Source of the DNA: Antedon mediterranea
Taxonomy: Eukaryota > Animalia > Echinodermata
Direction of reading: 5' to 3'
Assembly: GCF_964355755.1 (NCBI RefSeq)
Contig: NC_092672.1
Span: forward strand, 2,604,001 to 2,668,000
Length of the DNA stretch: 64,000 nt
Part shown: positions 56,152 through 64,000 of the stretch, piece by piece
Numbering within the stretch: position 1 is the stretch's first letter
Layout: each line of letters starts with the position of its first letter
Translations under genes and position numbers: made by a program
Notes under the pieces: generated by a model
Databases searched by the model: none
Seen by the model: only the letters and a program-made list of their open reading frames with translations
What the model was told of the DNA's origin: nothing

Positions 56152-59100
56152 GTTATTACATTTTCTATTATTTTAACAAATCAAACTATTTTAAAAATGT
56201 ATTTCCCCCAAAAACATGAAAATCACTAAAATCAGACTTAAAATAGGTCATTTTGCTGTTTTAATAAAAAAAAAAAGAACACAAATAATGATTTCACTTA
56301 AAGTTATAAATTAAAATATAAATTTAACCATAAAACCCATTGTCTGACTCGACAATTTGACTACATCTTGCTTTAAATTCCTTTTCATTTTTCCCAATCC
56401 AATTTTTAGTCAAAGTAAATAAATAATTGTAAATATGTGACATTAAAATGTCATTTAAAAATAGATGTTCTTGGGTGCAATTTGTTTTGCAAGTCATTCA
56501 ATTTATTTTTCTTTCAACAAGTTTTTTTGCTATCTTACATTTTAAAACTCGTTACTGAATATAGAGTACAGTATACCACACTACTGTATTATTATACTGT
56601 AGTACCAAATGTTATTAATTTATTTAGTTATTAACACAATATTGTTTTAAATATTTATTAAACAAACAATTAAAATTCTAAAACACATTTTGTCAACAGA
56701 CATTTATAGTAACATGGCTGGTAGTAAAAAACAAATGAATTTCCCCAAGTTCAAGAAAGCAGGTGTGGGAGGTGCCGCCGCTTCAACAGTGTCTTCTAAC
56801 AGTACCAGTGGCAGTGTTGTAACTGGTGATGACGGGATGGTCACGTATTGTTTTATATGCAATATTCAGGTGAACTCCAATGACCAGGCCTTGCAACACT
56901 ACATCGGTAAGAAGCATCGATATAAATGCTCTTTGATGTCGACAACACCGACACCTACGGGTGCAAATGGTATGTGGAATATGTCTATTATGGCGGCAGT
57001 GCTTATTAATACATATTGATATAAAGTTTGCAGTAGATGACGTATATTTAGTTCTGAAAAGAACTGTTGAATTTCTCAAAGTTACCGATCAATATACTTT
57101 ATTGATCGAAGCGTCGTGAGCTAAATATACATGGTATACTGCAAACTTTATATCAACATTTGATTTCACCATGCAAACCTTCAAACAATACATAGATGCT
57201 ATGTGATAGAGTCTTTCACAGTCTTGCTGTATGACAGCCACTAGTAAAATTTCTCTTTAATTTGAGATTAATTACATTTTTTTTTTAGAGCACAACTTAA
57301 AGAGGAAATCTCAAGTTCCATGGAGTTCTGAACAACAGAGGGCAGATGGAGAGTTTGAACCTCCTGTTGTTAAGAAGTCTGGTGGACCAAAGGCTATTCC
57401 AAAATCTACACAAAGACAGTCTGGTGGACCTAAGGCTTTTCCAAAATCTGCACAAAGACAGTCTGGTGGACCTAAGGCTATGCCAAAACATGCACACATA
57501 CAGAAACAAACCGTCATGTTGAATCCTGGTGCACATAAGCCTAAGGGCAAACGTCCAAATAGGCAAAAACAAATTTTAATGCCGCAGTCTGGTGAACCAA
57601 AGTCTATTCCTTGGAATACACAAAGGCAGATACCCACTGTGACACCGCAAGTTGCTTGGCCGACCTCAAAGCCAGCACCAAAGCAGCCTTCAATACACCA
57701 GACGTTTACTTGTAACACATGTAATGTTAATGTAACCAGTAGGGAGATGTTGGATTCACATCTTGCTGGTTTGTGGATTGTTCAATTAATCTATAGGGTT
57801 AATTATACTGTAGTACATTATCCACCTATTTTCATTGTGATGTGATACAATGTTACATATTCAGTGGCGTAACGGCTATGAGTGCTCACTGGCAAAACCC
57901 AGGGGCCCAGCGCTCAAGAGGCCTCGGAGCATATGCAGCCCAATGCAACTACCCAGCAATGGAGGGCTCCTTTGGAGTGCTAAGCCTGGGGCCTTTGCCA
58001 TGTTTTACTGTATATATATTAGCAGCACCAACTGAAATGTTGGTTCAGGATTAATTTCGTAAACACAATCACATGTGCAAACACAGAGCATCATATCAAC
58101 TCTAAAGTTTGGCAAAGAATTTTATAAGTTGTTAGTTCTAGATACTTCTTTCAGTTTTTAGCTTTGTCTACACTAAACTAATTTGACCAAAAAAGTGTGA
58201 TGTGCCCATATCTGGACATGATGATGTCATATCACTACCATATTTAAGCATATCACTACCATATATAATCACATGACATTTTTTTGTCACATTTGATAGT
58301 GTAAACAGAGCTTTGCTATTAATATTTTACTACCTTTTTAGGTTCCAAGCACAAAAAAACACTGGCAAGACTAATGGGTATAAATCCAACAGAGGGTGGA
58401 GTAGAGAATGGTAGAATGGCAAACAGTAGCAGGATTGGAAACAGTGGTAAAGTGATACAGACACCCAACCATGCTAACAAAATGAATGCTCCTCCTGCCG
58501 TCCAGCAACCTGCTGTCCTTTGTATAACGTGTGATGTTTGCAGTGCAACAACAAATTCACAAAAACAATATGAGCAGGTAAGTTGAGCTTTTCTTTACTG
58601 CAGTAACTTTCCTTTACTGCTGTAACTTTCCATTACTGCAGTAACTTTTCTTTACTGCTGTAACTTTCCTTTACTGCTGTAACTTTCCTTTAATGCTGTA
58701 ACTTTCCTTTACTGCATTAATTTTCCTTTACTGCAGTAACTTTTCTGCTGTAACTTTTCTTCTCTGCAGTGTCTTCTTTACTGCAGTAACCTTTCTTTAT
58801 TGCAGTAATGTATGATTTAAGTTTTTTTCAATATAGAAATATATGAGTCAGTCACTGTTATACTGAATACTGAAATGCTTTATTTGTCCATCATCATCAT
58901 AAAATAACAACAGAAATTCTTCTTGAAGATTGACAATTATTAGTACAATATAAATAAATATACAATATATTATATTATGTACACACACATAATTGTGTGG
59001 GTGTATGATTACACCAAAAAACTTGCCAGATAATTATATATTTATAATATATTTAATTTGTAGCATTTACAAAGTCAAAGGCATAGAAATATGTATGCTG

Positions 59101-60136
59101 GTGGCGGGGGTCAACAGAAGAGGAAGGGTCAAGGTACTTATGGTGGTGGCGGAGGTCAACAAAGAAGGAAAGGTCAAGGTACTTTTGGCGGTGGCGGAGG
59201 TCAACAGAAGTGGAAAAGTCAAGGTAATTTTGGTGGTGGCGGAGGTCAACAGAAGAGGAAAGGTCATGGTAATTTTGGTGGTGGCGGAGAGACTCTAAGT
59301 GAAAATGATCGCAAGAAACAAATCTACTATAGAAAATTTATTAAAAGTAAAAATAATGCTGATACAGACCAAACTGATTGGCCAAGAGGTTTGACTAATC
59401 ACGTTCAAGGCAATAACCAAGATTGGACAAATTGTGGTTGGCCACAATCAGAAACAGGACGAACGCAAGGGCCAGTACAGACGTCTAGTGGCCCGGAATA
59501 TCAAAGGACAGATAACTTGACACATTCATATGAGCCAACACACCATGATATTCCACAGGGAGGAGGAGGAGGGCAGAAATTTAGTAGGACAGGATTTGCA
59601 GGCAATACTTACGAACAACCACTAGAGTACACGGTAATTTAAATCTAATATAGATATATTATAGATTCATTTAAATTTAAATCAAACATGAGAAGTAAAA
59701 TAATAATATATTATCCTGGATTTATATAGCGCTTAATGTTGTGAAACCTCCAAGCGCTGAACATTATTACCCCAGTCATTTTTCAAACATCAAACATGTA
59801 TGGAAACATACTCCCATAATGCAGCTAGTAATCAGCGCAAAGTTGTATCTTGATCTAACCGTGTACCCATTTATACACCTGGGTACGTAAGTAAAGTATC
59901 TTGCCTAAGGATACAAGCAATGCGGCGAGAGTTGAATTCGAACCTCGATCTCACGATTAGTAGTCCAACGTCCAACACACTGCGCCACGCACTCTGGAAC
60001 CCAAATACTGAAATTTCAGACTGTCTGTACAAATTTCTTTATATTTTTTATTAATTTTCATTCTTTTATTTTTGTTTACCTTTTTTTTTAGAACTATACA
60101 GAAGCATCCTACCACGTTGAATTTGATGAAACCTGA
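55440..60136 (+). CDS. Matrin/U1-type C2H2 zinc-finger protein (ZNF385/ZNF346-like, probably RNA-binding), 6 coding exons, 770 aa
   Basis: join(55440-56151,56700-56969,57289-57768,58342-58577,59064-59633,60092-60136), phase-consistent. Four widely spaced C-x2-C-x12-H-x5-H fingers: CSLC..HYEGRRH, CFIC..HYIGKKH, CNTC..HLAGSKH, CDVC..HLQSQRH. The last two are split across introns, which supports the splice model. If the last intron is not spliced the ORF stops at 59642. Confidence 0.85.
56700..56969 (+). CDS. ZnF gene coding exon 2 (finger 2)
   Basis: YCFICNIQVNSNDQALQHYIGKKHR; |gtatgt. Confidence 0.88.
57017..57181. mobile_element. Second copy of the palindromic Penelope-derived element, without the CTGANGA core
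   Basis: Shares the arms (ataaagtttgc...gatcaat / attgatcgaa...gcaaactttat) and the tail catttgatttc..atgcaaacctt. Confidence 0.6.
57289..57768 (+). CDS. ZnF gene coding exon 3 (SGGPKA repeats, finger 3 first part)
   Basis: tttag|AG CAC...; FTCNTCNVNVTSREMLDSHLA G|gtttgt. Confidence 0.85.
58342..58577 (+). CDS. ZnF gene coding exon 4
   Basis: GSKHKK...CDVCSATTNSQKQYEQ|gtaagt. Confidence 0.88.
58590..58800. repeat. 19-bp tandem repeat (ctttactgcagtaactttc)
   Basis: Looks like an amplified terminus of the ACTGCAGTAACT element. Confidence 0.8.
59064..59633 (+). CDS. ZnF gene coding exon 5 (finger 4 end, Gly/Gln/Lys repeats)
   Basis: HLQSQRHRNMYAGGGGQQKRKGQG...; donor gtaatt at 59634, or read-on to the stop at 59642. 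Confidence 0.82.
59698..59992 (-). mobile_element. tRNA-derived SINE, same family
   Basis: A/B boxes, ccaggtgtataaatgggtac core, gcgctatataaat tail. Confidence 0.78.
60092..60136 (+). CDS. ZnF gene probable last coding exon
   Basis: Long polypyrimidine tract + AG at 60090-91; in frame NYTEASYHVEFDET*. Confidence 0.55.
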   Translation, partial: NYTEASYHVEFDET

Positions 60137-61367
60137 AAGAGGCTGAATATTAGTAAGTTAAGGAGCCCTTGTATTACTCTGTGCATTAGTTGATGCTGTA
60201 TTAGACCCCTTAACTGGTATAATTTATGCTTATTAGTGTTTGTCATATTCAGATACATACTCATGATCTGTTAAACTTTTAACTTTATAAAATTATACTG
60301 GGACAAATACATTATATGTTTTTCACCCAGAACTACCTGATGTTGGTTCAGGATTAATTTGGTAGACATAATCACATGTGCAAATCAATCTACACTATCA
60401 AACTTCATCTGAAAACAAGTGATGTGTCCATAATGGACATGATGATGTCATATCCTTACCATATTTAAGCGTATCAGTATCATATATGGGCACAACACAG
60501 AAGTGTGAAAGCAACTTTAGGCCTACACTTTTATTAGTAACATTATGCAAGATATGTTTATTAAATAAATATATATATTAACCTGACCATTAACTACAAG
60601 CCTGCTGGTCTAAAGACATGATTCCAGGCGAATGATCTGGAAATTGTGCGTTCGAATCCCGCTAACAACTTTTTAAGTTAATGTTGCATGTCTGATTGAG
60701 CAAATTTCATTTCGTGTCAAATGTTAGCAACTTAAGGTGTTCTGAGGATCAATATAGGTCTAAAATCAACCTCTAAGTTGGTAAAAATTATGTACTAATT
60801 TAAATTAGGTTAGAATAATAAAGAGACATTTCTGTTTATATTTGTGATAAGTGTATTCTTAACAAACGTGAGTCGATACTCCGTTCCTCTAAGCATCCCA
60901 ATCATATTTTTTAACCGTCATACAAAATGAGACTTGATCAGCCATGTTTGATAATGATTATGATGTCATCATTTCTGAACTGAACATTGTATACTAAACA
61001 TTTTTTTGTATTAGAATGTAAGATGAATTTTGTAGGTAAAAAAAAGTGAAACTAATTGTATTTTGGATGTTGAATAATATTTACCCGTTTACCATTGTTT
61101 TATACGAATTTAACTATTTATTTTTTCAAAGTATTTTTGTTTTTACTTTGATGATTTCGTTTTAATTTCTGCTAGAATTTAACAAACCTGGTATTATGAT
61201 TAAGTTGCCATCTGTAAATCTATTATGAAATGGTTTGTCCTGAGACGATGTTTTTAACATTTTATGATTGCTACATGAAAGTAGGCCTACCGTATTGTAT
61301 GAAAATAAATGAAACACATTACATTGGATACGTTTACTCTATTCAGTGTTTCAGGAAAATATATTAA

Positions 61368-61398
<31 letters not shown>

Positions 61399-61619
61399 AA
61401 ATCCAAAGGCAAATTACTGAAAAAAATGACAATGCTGTGGGTATCAGTGGCTGGATCTCAATGGAGATACAAAAAGAAAAAGCGAAAAGCTAAATCAAAA
61501 CGATTAAGTAAACAGCCAGAAAAGTTAGCAGAGCTTTCGGGCAACACTAGCCCTTCATCAGTGCAAGTGAGGGAATTTGGATAACGTCATAGTATAAAGC
61601 TGAACTAAAGAAACTGATA

Positions 61620-61860
61620 ACCCGCTTCCCCTTCATCCTCTCCCCTCCCCCTTCCTTCCCTCCCCATTCCTTCTCCCTCTCCCCCATTCCTTCTCCCTCT
61701 CCCCCATTCCTTCTCCCTCTCCCCCATTCCTTCTTCCCTCCCCTCATTCTCCCCCCCCCCACCATTCCTTCTCTCCTCTCCTTCACCCATTCCTTCTCTC
61801 CCATCCGCCTTTTATTTCCCCCCCCCCCCCACCATTGCCATTGCTTCTCTCCTCCCCCAG
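61620..61860. repeat. Polypyrimidine tract with 20-bp units (cccccattccttctccctct)
   Basis: Read directly; G-runs on the minus strand. Confidence 0.85.
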
Positions 61861-62381
61861 ATAATCCCCAGGGGTTCGGTATCCATCACGAGGCTTACGT
61901 TATTCCTGTGGCACTACTACTATTTTTATTCCAATCAAACATAAGGAAACTTGTTGACCTTGGCTTTAGCGCGTGATCACCGCTCACGTTTAAATCTATG
62001 AGATTAGCAGTTAATGCTGGTTAATTCGCTTAGGTTGTTTGCGCACAATATGGAGGAATATTAATGTAAAACATGAATATAAAATTATATAATGTTATAA
62101 ACAACTAGTTATTATTTTAAAGAATCGGTGGGTCTAGAATAGTATTACAACATTCAGTATTAGGTAGCCTACTTTATAGGCCTAGGGAGCTAATTTGATA
62201 GCTATAAGTGTACTTGCTTCAAATGCTACTTTAGTAATTGTCGGCGCAACGGTAAAATAAAACAACTACTAAATGTATACAGTAAACTATGCAATTTATT
62301 CCAAGTGAATCAAGTGAGGATTCTCAATAAATAGATAAAATATACAATATACAATATTTGATAAGACAGAGCAATAAACGG

Positions 62382-62667
62382 TGTAGCTAAGATGCTGGTT
62401 GAGAAAAGAGTGTGTTAATAATGTGGTCAGTGCATGGTAATATTGGGCTTGGCCCATCTCATCTGACCAATTAGGATTAAGAGAATTAATGTGGTTTTCT
62501 GTTAGAGTCATTAACATTCTTAAAATCCATTAGCTAGAAAAGTGAAGGTAACAGGAAGGTAACCTGTCAATGTGAGGTTAAATAAAGAGATATATAGAGG
62601 ATGTATAAATAATCAAATTAAAAGTAAATGTTGAATTGTTTAAAAGCTATGTGGTAGGTCTGCTACA
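62382..62667 (-). repeat. 3' LTR of the Gypsy element (286 bp)
   Basis: Starts TG 4 nt after the PPT; 6-bp terminal inverted repeat TGTAGC/GCTACA. Confidence 0.8.
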
Positions 62668-62690
62668 GGAGCCCCCTTCCAGTGAAAGAA

Positions 62691-64000
62691 TTAATGATAG
62701 AACGAGACAAAACGTTGAGGGAAATGAACATGTCTACCAGAACGAGTAGTACGGGGAGGGGTTGCCAAAATGGGTGACGGGTTGGTTGGTTTGACTAGGG
62801 GTGATGCTTGTAGCTTGGGAGTGAGGGTTTGCTCTTGGCTTTTAAATATATCAGTATCCAAATGAGCTACCTTTTAAGCGATCAATACTGACTGTGTCCT
62901 GTCGACCATTTAGATCGAGAACAAAGTGTTTGTCTGTTCGACTTAATACCTTAAATGGACCATCATATGGACGTTGTAAGGGTTTTCGAACAGAGTCCCT
63001 TCGCACAAAAACATGGGTACAATTAAATATTTCTTGATTGATATAGGATTTACGGTTAGAGTTGGTGCGGGTAGGTGTGGGACGTAGTTTACTCATATTA
63101 TCACGCAATCTATCAATATAATTAGAATAATCACAATGTTCAGAGTTTGAATTAAAGAATTGTCCAGGTAATCTTAAAGTAGTGCCATAAACAAGTTCAG
63201 CTGCACTATGACCTAGATCAGCCTTAAGGGCTGTACGAATGCCTAAAAGTACTATAGGTAAATGTTCTGTCCATTTAGTGTGATCATTATGTGCTTTGAG
63301 AGAACCCTTCAAATGTCGATGAAAACGTTCTACAAGTCCGTTCGCAATAGGATGGTAGGCAGTTGTATGAATGTGCTTAGTTCCTAGTAAGTTGGCGAGT
63401 GAATGAAATAATGCAGATTCAAATTGTCTTCCTCGATCTGTTGTAATGGTTGAAGGTATTCCGAATGAAGCGATCCATCGATTGACAAATGCGTGTGCGA
63501 CAGTATCGGCTGTGATATCCGGAATAGGTACGGCTTCGGGCCATCGAGTAAAACGATCGATAAAAGTGAGTAAATAAGAAAAACCATTTGACGGAGGGAG
63601 AGGTCCAACAATATCTATATGTACATGGTCAAAACGGGCGTCAGGTGTAGAAAAAGTAGAGAGTGGCGAAACGGTGTGCCGGTGTACTTTGGAACGTTGA
63701 CATTGAATGCATGTTTGAGACCATCGTCGTACATCACGATTGATTGCTGGCCATACGAAACGGTCAGTAATTAAACGTTGTGTTGCTCGTATACCAGGAT
63801 GTGATAGCGAATGTAGAGTGTCAAATATTATGCGTCTGAATTCTTGTGGGATATATGGACGTGGATTGCCTTTGGAAATATCACAAAGAATTGTAGAGTC
63901 AGAAGTTGGAATTGGAAAGTTTTGAAATCGTAGTGAAAACGGTGATTCAAGTAGCTTGTGCAATTCATCGTCATTCTTTTGTGCAGCAGCAATAAGACTA
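62691..64000 (-). pseudogene. pol: Gypsy pol, integrase region, with a probable 1-bp frameshift near the C-terminus
   Basis: HHCC (HSLSHPG...CIQCQ), DDE core (HIDIVGPLP / TDRGRQFES / NGLVERFHR), GPY/F motif (PYDGPFKV). The frame is open to the window edge and stops at 62851. Removing one A at 62872-62875 restores RLKVAHLD...TTRSGRHVHFPQRF to a stop at 62691. Confidence 0.85.

Larger units (their letters stand above)
62382..64000 (-). mobile_element. Ty3/Gypsy LTR retrotransposon, 3' part (runs off the window)
   Basis: pol integrase ORF, then PPT (GGAAGGGGG, 62672-62680 on minus), then an LTR with TGTAGC...GCTACA termini. Confidence 0.93.

Noticed and set aside
57297-59267. Antisense and alternate-frame ORFs over the ZnF exons
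   Set aside because: Shadows of repetitive coding sequence in the true frame.
60595-60668. tRNA gene (ctggtctaaagac...gttcgaatccc)
   Set aside because: A/B-box-like words are present but I could not form acceptor and anticodon stems; more likely a decayed SINE head or tRNA pseudogene.
61547-61804. Gly/Glu/Arg-rich minus-strand ORFs
   Set aside because: Translation of the polypurine/polypyrimidine repeat.

Overview
AT-rich, intron-rich eukaryotic DNA. An invertebrate deuterostome such as an echinoderm is my inference from the gene structure and the TAGGCCTA-rich promoter-proximal sequence. Most of the window is one + strand complement C3-family (thioester protein) gene. I traced 35 coding exons (5650-52759) with phase-consistent GT-AG junctions, giving 1640 codons with no internal stop. 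It has MG domains, an RRRR beta/alpha site, a 4-Cys anaphylatoxin domain, a variant thioester motif ACGEQ, Asp where the catalytic His normally sits, no alpha-gamma site, and a C345C domain. The best candidate signal-peptide exon (5334-5437) carries an in-frame TAA. Downstream is a 6-coding-exon gene (55440-60136, 770 aa) with four matrin/U1-type C2H2 fingers (ZNF385/ZNF346-like) and several internal peptide repeats. The window ends in the 3' part of a Ty3/Gypsy element on the minus strand (integrase, PPT, 286-bp LTR). Introns hold many MITEs (Harbinger-, Kolobok-, hAT- and Tc1-like), tRNA-derived SINEs, tandem repeats and a Penelope-type palindrome containing a minimal hammerhead ribozyme motif. 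All calls come from reading and hand-translating the sequence; no searches were run.
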